Positions 11,872 through 24,989 of a DNA stretch of 64,000 bases are shown in pieces; position 1 is the first letter of the stretch, and every line of letters begins with the position of its first letter. Position numbers and translations under genes: made by a program. The stretch spans positions 6,324,001 to 6,388,000 of the forward strand of contig CP075496.1 in the NCBI GenBank assembly GCA_021613535.1, read 5' to 3'. The DNA is from Adineta vaga. Taxonomy: Eukaryota; Animalia; Rotifera. The notes under the pieces were generated by a model, which was given only the letters and a program-made list of their open reading frames with translations, did not search any database and was not told the DNA's origin.

Positions 11872-13145
11872 TTAATTTGATTTGAGAAAGTTTAAAAACT
11901 GTCCAACGTCTTTAACACAATAGCTGGGTAAAAGATCTCGTTCTTTTGTTTGTTGTTCAACACCTTGTTTAAGACTATCTAAATATGTCTCGCTAGTTGC
12001 ACCACTAAAAACAAGTAATGTTGTTGCACCTTGTCGATTACCAAATGCGATATCGGTTTCAACGCTTGAAATAGAAAAATGTATTCTTTTAAAAAGATCT
12101 ATTTCATCTGTCATGGATCTTACCGATCACCAATCATGACTGTTCGTTTTGGATCAACTTCTGGAAATGCTAAACGAATAGCATCAAACATAGGTGCATG
12201 TGGTTTGCCAAGTATTGTCGGTGTACGACATGATGCAGTCGCTACTGAAGCTAAGATTGTGCCCGCACCTATATTTTCAAGAATGAACTAAATAGTATTT
12301 TCAATTTAAACTAATTACCAGGCATAACAACTTCATCACTTTGTGGAAGACTAGCATCATCGTTCGTTGCTAAGAAGAGAACATTTGGTCGATTGAGATA
12401 AGTTGCTGCTTTGAGAATTTTAATATAACTAATGTGAAGATCAAGAGCAGATATAACACAATCTACCTGTATAAGAAATAAAATATTATATAAAATATAT
12501 TTCTTTTTCTTTAATAAAAATATACATTTGAATCCAAATTAAGTTTATCGGTTTTAACAGCAGTCGCATCAGAAGCTAATGGATCAGGCTAAATGATAAA
12601 AATACTAACTTTCTTTCGATTTATATTTCATCATACTTACACCAATACCACCACAAATCTCGAAACCTTCTCGTCCTAATTCATGTACCATTGATTGCAT
12701 TCCAAGAACATAACATCTTCCTTTGAAATTAATCGATTTCAAATGTTGTGCTGTAAGCCATGCCGTACAAATAATTTGTTCCTAATCAAAATAAAAACAT
12801 CTTTCTTCTCTCAATTCGTACTCTGAATTTATCCTACAGGTTTTGCTTTATAACCAATTTCATTGAAACGTTTAGCATAATCATCTTGTGTTTTAGTTGA
12901 ATTATTTGTAACAAAAAATAATTCTTTACCCTAAATACAGAACAGAAAAATCGTTTTAGAATTGTATAATCAAGTGTAATTCATACTTGTTCAGTTAAAT
13001 AATTTAATAATTCAACAGCACCGGGAAAGATTTCAGGAAAATTCCAAAGAACACCATCACAATCGAACAAAAAAGTATCATGATTATTCAATAATGATTT
13101 CGAATGAGCTTCTGTTAAACGCGTGCAAAGTTCATTTGTTGCCAT
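11872..13145 (-). CDS. PGP: HAD-IIA phosphatase (phosphoglycolate/pyridoxal phosphatase-like), ~8 exons
   Basis: Motif I DTFLFDCDGVLW, motif II FVTNNSTK, cap FLATNDD, motifs III/IV GKP...MIGDR|VETDIAFG...TLLVFSG. Confidence 0.9.
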
Positions 13146-13693
13146 CTACAATATTCATGAAAAGGTAACAAATCGTATAGTCTTTTATATGATGTTGAAC
13201 TATCTCATTAATTTATTTATCTTTCTTATTTTATATTATTTGTTCTTTTCATTTACATTTTTCATGCAATAAGATCTATAGTCAGTTGAAACTTTGAATT
13301 TTTTCATGTCATAAATTTAATCCTTTTACTACAGATACCTGCCTCTCTCTATTTTAAGATTCTATCATAAAAACATAGTTGCATATTCCTTTTACAGCGA
13401 TTTTTATTCAAAAACAATCATAGTATTTTAACTAAGTAAATGGTCTAATGTAATCATGTTCTCAGCTTTATATTACTCCTTATCTATTAAATTTCGATCT
13501 AATTTATCAAAAAAATATTTCGTATCGGAAGCAAAATATTTCTTCAAACTATAAATTATATGATAGCTCTTAAGAACTCTCGATCTCTTTGGATACAATC
13601 AGTAACCATAAAATTCCCTGCATCTCTCCTACATTCTTTTAAATAGTCTACAAACCACTAAACGAAAAAAGTACAAGTCATTCATTACTAATC

Positions 13694-14358
13694 ATGGGTT
13701 GTGGAAGTTCATCTGTTGCTTCGAGAAAACCATCAATATCCGAACCAAGTTCAGCTGTTACCGATTTTATTGTTTTAGCTCGTCAAGTCAAACAAACCTG
13801 GCCGGATGTAAAAAAAATTGATAGTCTAGGAGCGAAGACCTTTGCTTAGTAAGTGATATGAAATTTTTTTTCTAAAAAAAATCACTACCTACAAAACAGC
13901 TGCATTTTCTTCTCACTAGTTTATTACACAAATATCCTCAATACAAATCATTCTATCATGTACCTGAAGCATACAAAAGTGAAGCTGATTTACTTAATGC
14001 TGAAGAAGTAAAACAAGCAGGAGAACAATTTATTGATTGGTATTCAGATATCATCGAGCATAGTGATACACAGTTTAATGAAAAACTACGTGAAAAAGCT
14101 ATCGAATTGAATAATCAAGGTGTCCGTATAAATCAAGTGAAAGTAATTACTTAAGGGACATTTAGAATGAGGTGTTATTTAGGTATTTTTTTTCTCGTTT
14201 TCTAGTATTATGGTGACAGTCTTGTTCATGTGATTAGTTACGAACTACAAAATGATCTAACGATTGAAGAAAAACGAGCATGGCAATCATTCTGTAATCA
14301 AGTTTCAAATGGTTTAACTATGGAATTAACTAAATTTCCGAGAAAATCAATCGTTTAA
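13694..14358 (+). CDS. Globin-fold protein with N-terminal MGC acylation motif (globin X/neuroglobin-like), lacking heme histidines; exons 13694-13848, 13920-14142, 14206-14358
   Basis: Not in the ORF track. Spliced 176-aa ORF: MGCGSS...VKQTWPDV...TFAY|LLHKYPQYKSFY...VKQAGEQF...NNQGVRINQVK|YYGDSLVHVI...EEKRAWQSF. Trp in helix A, Pro at C2, AW in helix H, introns at the canonical globin positions B12.2 and G7.0. Confidence 0.85.
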
Positions 14359-14466
14359 AAAAAAACAAAAGAAAAACATTCCACGATTTCCTTTAACTTA
14401 TCTATTAAAGGAGAGAAAAAAATCCCAAAAAAACGTAGAAGATTAATTTTATTTTGTTTCTTTTGA

Positions 14467-17417
14467 TTACAATAAATTCTGAAGAAAACCGCGAAGAAGA
14501 AGAGAGATAAAAAATATCGATCGTATTTGTGCATATAATTGAACGCTTGTATCTGACATGAATTGTTCATTATCTTTTTGTAATTTTGAACAAAGATTTT
14601 CTAAAGCTCGATGAGTATTTAATTGTTCTTTTCTTTGTCGAATTTTCACTGATGGACATTGAAAATTATTCTAGAAGGAAATCATTGATTCTTTCTTTTT
14701 TTTTATTAAGTAAAAATATTATCACTAACTTGCGAACCACATATAATCTGACAATCAGGACAGATAATTGAGCCAATATAAATCGAACTGTATTCGCCAG
14801 TGACAATAGTTAGATTTTGACCTGAATATTCACAAAGATATTTTTCTTGTCCAATATGAACATAAACTCCTTGAGATGGTACACATTCAAACTAAAAGAA
14901 AAGATATAAAAAAAACTGAATAGGAAAAGGAGCGTATATGATATGTAGAGACTTGATAACATCCAGCAGTTTGTGGTGAGATACGACGTTTTCGGCGACA
15001 TAGATCAATATATTGTTCCCATGTTGAACCATGATCGAAACATTTTGATTCTGATGTATATTTTTCCAGAGCATAATTTTCTGTATCTAAAAACAGAAGA
15101 AAATCTATGAATAGAAATTCATTTCTGATTTTAATTTACTTGGCGGTTGATTTTCAGATCGATAACAACGAGAATCACGATTTGTACTTCTGTAAGTTAA
15201 TTCTTGATTGTATGGACAATAATCTGCCAACATCACATGTCCACCATAACGTGCAAGTTCATTTTGATCGGTAATATTTGGAAGAGAATCAAAAAGCTAA
15301 GAAAACTCAATTTTTAACTCTCAACATATTCATTATTCTCACTTGATATTCCGCAGGTAACGCTGTAGAATATTCCACCAGATTACACATTACTATTTTA
15401 TCATATGTATAAGCACATATACGTTTCGCCTGATTAGGTTTTGGTGATGATATACAAAATGGATAAGGACTTTCTTTTCTACAGTAGATTTGAAAAAAAA
15501 AGAGTTATTTTATATACTCGTTTGCTTATCTTACTGTTCAAGTTTCGTATCAATCCATTGTTTACAACTTGTTTTTACAAAATCACAGCCAAGATGTCGA
15601 CCCCAAAGAAGAGGTTTACCATATTCATAAGAAACATCATACCATCTATTTCATTAATAAAAGAATACGATAATATTTTGTCTTATTCATCTGATTGAAT
15701 TAACTATAATACTTACCCACTATCTTCTAATAGAGCTAATGTTAAATTTGATATCACTGATTCTTGAGTATATGTTCCGGTCATTATTTCATGCTAATAG
15801 AAAGTAAAATATTTGTAAATGTTACTCTATATAAGATTAACTTACTTCAAACAATCGCTTTTCCCAATGTGTTAACGCTGTACCTGTACTGCCTTGATCT
15901 TCAAGTTCAGCACCTTCTAATGTTGAGCAAGCAAAATGTTCACGTACAACAGTCTGAAAAGAAGATTCATCATCAATAGATCTTGATAATTTTTTCGATT
16001 TACTTGAACTTTTGGTGTGACTAACATTGATATTTTTTTATCAATGGTTCCACCACGAATTTTCCAATCAGTTCTTATCATCTGTTTCACGACATTCTCA
16101 CTCGGTGTATAAACTTGTAATCTAAAAATAAAACAAGAATTCTTCAACGTCAGATACATAGAGAGATAAAGTTATTACCGTTCATCATAATTTTTCGGCC
16201 ATCGTGTAGCAGGATCACGTTCTGTCAACGGTTCTCCTTTACTGTTTCGAAAGAATGCGAAAAGACCCGAAGAGAATACCTAAGTAATACAAAACAATCG
16301 ATCATTTCTAAAACAATTTTCAAACTTAAAATTTCAACTCACTAATGTATGTAGAATTTCATGTTTGATTGTACTAACAAGACGATCAAAATCAATCCAA
16401 TTACGTTCATCTTTCAGACGTCTAGGACATACATTGATATTTCCAGCAATTGGTCTACAAAGAAAGGTTTCATTTTAATTGATTCAAGTCAATTCGTTCG
16501 TATGAACGGTTGCATGAGTTATAAATAATCTATACAGCAGTTAAAAAGCAAAATAATCAGTAAGACTATTACTCATTCTGTATACATATATATATATATA
16601 TCTATTACATGAAATGTAATTGAATTGAATTCCATTAATGGATACTATTATCTTGTAAAATAGTTGAATAGAACACTGAAGTAAATTAAATAGTTTATCT
16701 ACCTATCTCGATCAGGTTCTAATTGACAAAAAGATGCTGTAGCTAAAGTATCCGCTGGTTGACATCGATTTGTTTCTAATGCTGAGACATATAAAATAAA
16801 TTCGGCAGCAACACCTTCACCTTTCGTTCCAGTACGATCACATTTTTTCTCTTTATTACATACATGACATTGTTGTAAATGTTCATTTGGTACTGTTATA
16901 TCTCCACATTGTGTTACATCTAAACATTCATCGGAACAATAATGTATTGTATAATCATTTTCAACAATAAACATTTTTCTTGATGGACATTGTCTAACCA
17001 AAATTAAAGAAGAAAAATGACAACGAACATGACTTTTCTTTTGTCACATACCTGGTTAATCGAATTCGATCATTGAGCTTATATTTTGGTCGAATTGTTT
17101 TACTCCAATAATTCACAGCTGTTTCAACAGCTGTTTTGATCAACTTTTGTTCATCTTCAAATAATCTAGATTAGAGGAAAAAAAATCTTTTTATAGAAAT
17201 TACTTCAAGTTCATATTTACTTTTTTACACTAATATCATAATGAATATGTATTTGAAAGATATCTGACGTTACACGTCGTTTAACTCGTTCATATTTTGA
17301 ATATGAATCTGTATTTATATAACTATATTGTAATTGATTTCGATTAGGAGATAAATGTATTGATGAAAAACTTGTAGGAATAATCATTAAGAAAAAAAAT
17401 AAGAAACGACATGACAT
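14467..17417 (-). CDS. LMLN: Leishmanolysin-like metallopeptidase (invadolysin, M8), multi-exon, signal peptide and hydrophobic C-tail
   Basis: [10 protein letters not shown]|PIAG, KHEILH zinc motif, [23 protein letters not shown] Met-turn, TLALLEDSG|WY, LADYCP. Confidence 0.92.
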
Positions 17418-17494
17418 AATCGATGTCTGATTCGAAAACAAAAATAAAAAGATCTATAAAGGAAAAAAAGAACAAAGTAAATGTTAAATTTCGT

Positions 17495-18524
17495 CTATTT
17501 TTTTCGACAAAATGTTGTTCCATCGCCCAATCTCAAAAAACTAATATCAACACGTGAATCATTTTTAACTATATCGTTTGTTTGACGAATACCGATCGTT
17601 TCTGGTGTTGTATCGTTTTGATCAATAACGCGACCATTCCATAATGTATTGTCAATGGCAATTAAACCATTTGGACGAATTAATTGAACTGCTAATTCAT
17701 AGTATTCCGGATAATTTGCTTTATCAGCATCGATAAAGATAAAATCAAATGAATTTCCACCTTCTTTCTCAAGTAATTCTTTTAACAAATCTAATCCTGA
17801 ACGAATTTGTAATTTTATTTTATTACTAACACCAGCTTTAATCCAAATATCTTTACGAACATATTCATCTGATATATCACATGTGATTAATTCACCATCC
17901 GATGGAAGTGCCAAAGCAATCGTAAGTGATGTATAACCAGTAAATGTTCCAATTTCAACTAGAAAGAAGTAAATATGAGTTGAGGAATGATTGAAATTGT
18001 TCTCTATTCGCTTGCTAAATATATGTGAGAGTATGAAAATATTTCCAATGGTATTTTTTATAGATTGAAAAATATTATGAAAGAAACCGCATGTTCTTTT
18101 TGTTTTTGTTATCGCTCGTGAAGAGAGAAGAATGTTTGTACAATGTTAGATAAGTTTCTGTTTATTGCGGTTATGTTAAACAAGAGGCAGATAATGTCTA
18201 GTCTGTATTTATTACGTCCCAACGGTATCATTTTTAGACTATGTTAACATACTTGCTCGTTTGGCATTCATCAATTGAATAAGAACTTGAAAAAACTGTG
18301 CTTCATCTGTTGAACCTATCCATGGTTGAATTTTTTCTAAAACATATTCATAAGTCGACTATAAGATCACAATATTGTAATAAACCTGGTAAATTTTTCA
18401 GATCTTCCAAAAGTTCAAGTTGTTCAGATGTATAACGAAGTGAATGTTCAAAAATGTATCGATCAATCGGATCTTTTGAATGTAATGATTTTGTTGACAA
18501 TAGATTACCCAAAATTGTTGACAT
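17495..18524 (-). CDS. Class I SAM-dependent O-methyltransferase (caffeoyl-CoA OMT/COMTD1-like), 3 exons
   Basis: LMNAKRA|IEIGTFTGYTSL, FDFIFIDADKANY, GLIAIDNTLWNG, LGDGTT. Confidence 0.9.
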
Positions 18525-19427
18525 TATAAATCAATAGCAGATTCGAATTCGAATAGTACCACATATCGAATGCACTTTATTCATTTATATATGATCGAAA
18601 TCGAATTTACGAAGAACAATTTTCTTCTTGAATAGTAGAAGAAAATCAATCATAATATATAATTACGATTACGATTCTTCTGATCTTTTGTATTCATAGT
18701 CATGACTAGGTATAATATTTATATAACTCGATGTCCTTTTACCTGATTTAGTCATTCTTTTTTTTGTTTGTTTCAAACGATTCTAAGCCATTGGTAATGT
18801 TAGTTAACCAATCAGAAGAAAATTGTCCAAACAAACATACATGAAGTGAAAGCTGAAAGGAAGTATTCTTTATAATTTTCTAAAGAATCTATTCGTATAA
18901 TTATATGCTTTAGAAGAATTGGTTACTTTTGTTATTGTCAAAATAACCACGATAACAATTACAGGTACATCAATTATTTATACGAAAACAATCTATTGAG
19001 TGAACAACTAATTAGCTAGATGATACTGATATCATTTCAATAATGAATAGAAATAAAATATTAGTTATGTGTTACATCATAGTATTTGGCTAGATTGGTT
19101 TCGTTCAGTTTAGGTTTGAAGGCATATGTGACAATGGATACATCATTCTAACAAGCAACTATGAAATTTTAATGTTCAATATCGTGTTACAATAGAGATT
19201 AGGAGAAGTCTTTATATATACTAAAGCTTCATCGAAAGATGGCTATAAAAAGAACAGCTATATATAATTCAGAGACTTTTGAATTGAATACTCGACTTCC
19301 AGCGGCATCTGGTCTATAGAATGAAAATTTTAATTAAAAGTCATCAATTATTGCTAAAAGACAATCGAATAATTAAATTCAAAGTTATGATCTAAAATGT
19401 CAAACTAAACATTGAAAAATATTTCTG

Positions 19428-19480
19428 ATTGGTTTATAGAAATGACTTCCTAGCCACGTACTACTTCTCCCAATCCCAAT
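19428..19480 (+). promoter_or_regulatory. CCAAT boxes flanking GCCACGT (UPR-element-like) upstream of the KDEL receptor
   Basis: ATTGG 19428-19432, GCCACGT 19453-19459, CCAAT at 19470 and 19476. Further CCAAT/ATTGG boxes at ~18790-19100. Spacing does not match canonical ERSE. Confidence 0.3.
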
Positions 19481-19601
19481 TTTTGATTGATTTTTCCTTA
19501 TCCCCATCTGTGTACCATATGATGCCTTATATGTGTTACCTTTCTAATAACTATTCATCGTTTTAGATAAGCATTCAAGGACTCTCAATTGTGTTCATCA
19601 A

Positions 19602-20418
19602 ATGAATATCTTTCGTCTATTAGGAGATTTTTCTCATCTAGGAGCTATTTTTATTCTTCTATTAAAAATTTGGACAACTCGTTCATGCGCTGGTTGGTAG
19701 ACTATGTCACTTGTTTTTTGTAAATCTTCTTTCTTATTTCTCTTTAGGTGTATCCGGTAAAAGTGTTTTGCTCTATGCAATCATTTTTACATGTCGTTAT
19801 TTGGATTTATTGGTTCATTATGTTAGTTTATATAATTCGATAATGAAAATCATTTATCTTGTAGCAACTTATTTTACATTGTATTTAATTTATGTTAAAT
19901 TTAAATCAACATATCATCGTAGTCATGATTCATTTCGAATTGAATTATTAATTTTACCATCTGCTGCTTTAGCATTTCTATGGAATCATGAATTTTCTGT
20001 CTTAGAAGTATGAAAATAATCAATAAAAAACGATGAATTGATTGATCGATTAATTAATTTCATTTAGGTTCTTTGGACATTTTCAATTTATCTTGAATCA
20101 GTTGCCATTCTTCCTCAATTGTATATGGTTAGTAAAACAGGTCAAGCAGAAATCATTACAAGTCATTATTTATTTGCATTGGGCATCTATCGATTTTTTT
20201 ACATTCTCAATTGGATCTATCGTTATTATATGGAAAATTTTCTCGATTGGATATCGATTATCTCTGGAATTATTCAAACCATTCTTTATTGTGATTTTTT
20301 CTATCTTTATATAACAAAAGGTAAAACTATTTGAAAGGATTTTTTATTATCATAATGTCAGAATATTCTTTATTTAGTTATTCGTCGTAAAGGAACTGGT
20401 ATTAGTGAAACAATCTGA
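19602..20418 (+). CDS. KDELR: ER lumen protein-retaining (KDEL) receptor, 4 exons
   Basis: [13 protein letters not shown]...RSCAG|VSGKS...[47 protein letters not shown]. Confidence 0.95.
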
Positions 20419-20726
20419 AGAGAATTCGTTATTTCAATCCAATCGACTATTTTACTTTATGGTTATTTGTTTGTTTTTCTTATTCAATTATTGTTATCAT
20501 ATGTTCTTTTCAAAGATAAACCACAAAGTCCGACAAATAGAATCAGTTAACCAAGCTTAAATAGTTATGATATTTTCTTGTTTGTGTGCATCGTGTTGTT
20601 GTTTTTCTATGCTATTCACTTAAACTCTTGAATATTTCTATATATTTTAGTTAGATAAACGAATGACTTTGAAAATTTGAGTATGACATTATGATTTCAG
20701 TATCAATAAATTCTTCTCATTGTTTT

Positions 20727-22366
20727 TCAAATCGTTCGTTCTAAATCAGTTTGAATACTAGAATCTTCCATTTTTGTTGGTCTTTGTAAACTCAGAAAAT
20801 GTTCAATATCATTTGCTAAATTTTGATCAACATTGGAGAAATTTTCTATTGCTCTTTTACATATGAATTGTTGAGTTAAGGCTAAACTTTTAGCTAAATT
20901 TCTTGCTAACATTATTCGTTCATCTGGACTTAAAATTTGTCGATAGAATGTTTGTGCTTGAGAAAACTCATCTGTTTCATTTGAACATTCGTATCGTGCA
21001 GCATTTCCTTCCACAGAATAAATTGATTCTTTAAAACGATAAGATGTCGTTGCACCATGAAAACTATTCGGAAAATAATTAGGCGCACCATTTTGATTAT
21101 TTAAACACATATATCCATTACGATGATTATTTGCAGTGGGATTTAATGGACGATTTACAGGTAATTGAGCATAATTTTTACCAAGACGGTAACGTTGCGC
21201 ATCCGAATAAGCAAAGACACGTGCTTGTAACATTTTATCCGAAGATAATTCAATGCCAGGAATGAGATTTGCTGGTGAAAAAGCTAATTGTTCAACTTCT
21301 GAAAAATGATTCGTTGGTAAACGATTTAATGTAATGGTACCTAAAGCAATCAATGGATAATAAGCTTTCGGCCAGATTTTTGTTGTATCAAAAGGATCAA
21401 ATGATACGCTTTTCATTTCCTGTTCATTCATTTGTTGTATACATACTGTCCATGATGGCAATTCTTTATTAATACAAATTGCATTGTATAAATCACGTGT
21501 AGCATAATCACTATCCATACCAGCTAAGACAAATGCTTTTGTTGGATCAATTGAACTTATACCTTGATTAGATTTAACATGAAAACGTACATAAGATATT
21601 TTATCATCACGAGATATAAATTTGTAAGTATTAACAGAGTAACCATTCATATAACGATAACCATTCGTTATTCCACGATGACTATAGAGTAAAATCTAAA
21701 AAAAAAAGAATTTCATCGATAGTTCTAAGCGGAAATAAATGAATATTGACTTACTAAACAATGTGTTGTTTCTGGTCTTAATGTTAAAAAATCCCAGTAT
21801 GCATCATAATCAAAAAGATTCGTCACAGGATTTCGTTTTTGTGAATGTACAAGTGATGGATAAAGAATTGGATCACGAATAAAGAAAATTGGTAGATGAT
21901 TACAAATTAAATCGAAATTTCCACAATCTGTATAGAATTTAATTGACATTCCACGTATATCACGAACGGTATCTGCACTGCCTAATTCGCTATTCAAACG
22001 AGAAAATCTTATTGCGATTGGTGTTTGTTTATTTCGTGTGTCAAGAAAATGTGCTCGCGTAAATGTTGAACCTAAGTCAGTTGTACATTGAAAAACTCCA
22101 AATGCGCCTGAACCTTTAGCATATGCACAACGTTCAGGAATTTTTTCTTCATTAAATTGACCAATTTCATCAAGTAAACAAGTATCTTGTAGGAGTATTG
22201 GACCACGTGATCCGGCAGTTAACGAATAAACTTTATCGCCAATAGGCATTCCTGATAAACTCGTCATGAGAGTAGGTTCATTATTGGAACGATAGGATTG
22301 TAACTGATTAGCTGAAACATCACGATTGAACACAGATAATGCTTCATTTGATGTGTATGAAGACAT
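20727..22366 (-). CDS. CAT: Small-subunit heme catalase homolog with distal His replaced by Tyr, 2 exons
   Basis: GPILLQD, IPERCAYAKGSGAFG (canonical IPERVVHAKG), IRFS, DTVRDIRG, PIFFIRD, DKMLQARVFAYSDAQRYRLG. One intron at ~21696-21755. Confidence 0.9.
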
Positions 22367-24989
22367 AGAAGTTGACTGACTTAGTAAAAGAAATTGTTTA
22401 TCAAATATGCTTAGCAACGTTGAATTCTTCTTCTTATTAAATAATCTTCGAATATGTCAAAATAGCAATGAAACAGCTTCACAAATGAATGTGATCATTC
22501 ATGCAATCAAGTGAAGCATATTTTCAGTAAGAATTTATATTGTTAGATGACAAGTTATTATTAAAACAGAACATGATATTTTCTATTCATTATATTGAAA
22601 AATATCCATGAATATTAGCCTTCTTTTAAATGAAAACCATTAAAGATATAAGACAAGAGTTTGGTATAGAAATAATTTAAGATGTCTGACGTGAAAGAAA
22701 AATGTTGTTTGATCATTATACAAGCATAGAAAAAAATGAAGAAATAGTATATTAGGACATATTTGATTACAAATCGATTGCTTCTTTTAATCGTTTAGTC
22801 ATTTAGTTCTCGTTCTCTCAGTTCTAATCGAAGTTCAATAGACACGTATGATTACTCAACGAAACGTAATATACTTTTTTTGTCGTAGTTCAAATAGATC
22901 TATTATAGATTTCTTAGAATATGTACATATGCGCGTATGATCTCCATCGTTATTATTAGGATCAGAGAGATTTGGTCTTGTTGTCAATAAATTAAAGAAA
23001 AAGGGAGAAAGAAAAGTAAGTTCTACTTCATTCTTTTACATCTTTTTTTCTTTCTTCATTTACTTACAACAAATGTGCAAGTAGAAAATATCACGTCGCA
23101 TATATTTACCTATGACAATCTTTTTCAAAGTTACGGTTAAAGTGCAAAAAAAAAAGGAAGAAATATACACACACATACGCAGGTGTGTAGTCGAGTAGCT
23201 TTTTTTTCTTTTCTTTTTCTTTCTGCAGTTATTTTGCATAAGTAAAATACTTTTCATCTATTTCCCATTCAGAAACGTAGCAAACAGCTATTCATTACTA
23301 CATTTTATCAAGGTAAATGCAATGTAAGAAATGCGTCTACTTCGTTTTTTTCCTTATTATATGCAAATCAATGTTGTAATTGAATATATCGATTCAATTG
23401 TACTTCATATGAGTTGTAAACTTAACATGTATTGTATATGCAAATGATCTTCTTCTCTTCAGTCGTATCCTTACTAAGTGTCAAGGTTTTTCGTCATTAC
23501 TTAGTTTTTTTTTAAATACACAAATGAACGTTTTTTTTCTCGTGTTTAACAATGTTTATGATGACAAAAGAAAATGACAAACGAGAGAGATAGCTAAACA
23601 AGTTGATGTCATAGAAAGGTTTATGATTCTTCGAGTATGGAGCAAGAAGACAGAATACAGAATAGAAAAACTGAGAAAAAAGGACATGAAGAAGAAAAAA
23701 AGACGAAGACGAGTATATGATGGTTAGAAATCGTGAAGAATTTTCCTCGTCATCTGCGAATAATTTCTCGATGTATGCTTTATGAGCTAACTGACTTGAA
23801 AATTTTGCTATCTGACTTGAACGGAATAGAGAGGCGATGCATGATGTCGTATATATGTATGTATTTATATATATATACGATGTCAATCTCGATCACGACG
23901 GTAGAATATGGCCTCTTGGACAAATAGAATTCTCATTTCTTTTTGTTGTATGCTTGTTCATCGTCGCCTAAATGAACTCTCTCTCTCTCTCGCTTTCGAG
24001 TGAATGAATATATTACTTATGCTTCATTTTCTGTTGAGAATTTTACCGTTGTGCAAACGAGAAAAAATAACTCGTCAAGCAAAATCATTCGCTCGATATT
24101 ATTTTAACATTAAAATGTAAAATATGACATGGTCTGATTAATCACCCTGAGGGAATGTATCGGATTTTATACGATGATATTCCATCTGTATGAGATTCGT
24201 ATTTAATGTTTCTCATTTCATAAAACATTGTTTAATAATTTGTTTCTTTCGAGAATTCAGAACATCAAATAGTTTTATGTAAGTATTCCGAAGAGTATCT
24301 TCAACATGTCTATGTCAATATTTCAATCGGATTTTTTCATAATGCTGGAAAAGAAAATCTACACAATCAGTCTGATAAGATGAGAATTAAGTTGACTACG
24401 AACTTGTCAAAGTCTTCATTCATCTAGAATTATATGAATTCTATAGGGAATAAAAGTTTGATTAACATCTCTTTTTTTTCTCTATGTTTAATAAGACTGA
24501 TATTATATTGTTCGATTTGTCTTGTTTCATGACTTTTTTATTTGCTATTGTTGTAAATATCAATATTTTATAGTCATATATATATATTATTATTTTTTTA
24601 ATAACTCTCTGATCTCATCTTCTTCTAGTGATCCTTTCAAAGCTTTTCCTGAGTATTTCTATTCATTCAACTACTCTTCTCTCGTTTCTTTTTTACTGTA
24701 CGTTCTAGTTTATTGGTAAGCAATCGTTGTGTGATTGTCTTTCTTTCTTCATTCCATCCAATGTCAACAATAGTTTTCAATAGTTCGAACATACACAAGT
24801 GTACTTTTTCTTCTACCGTCAGCATAGTCACTTCTATAATTTACAGCATCTTTCAATTTTTTCTTCTTTCAGACGATGTATTCGATTTAATCTTTTCTTT
24901 TTCTTGTTGCTTTATTTATTTAATTCTTTTTTTTTGTAGAATCAAATATTCCATTGCAGAGAAAAATGAAATTTATTCAATAATTGTCA

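Noticed and set aside
6153-13145. Kinase, vWA and phosphatase on the same strand, recalling bacterial TerY-phosphorylation triads
   Set aside because: The phosphatase is a housekeeping HAD-IIA enzyme, not PP2C. All three genes have introns and are separated by 0.7-1 kb promoter-like gaps.
16583-16601. (TA)n and other short microsatellites (TC at ~23977, GA at ~60333)
   Set aside because: Short, ordinary intronic or intergenic repeats.
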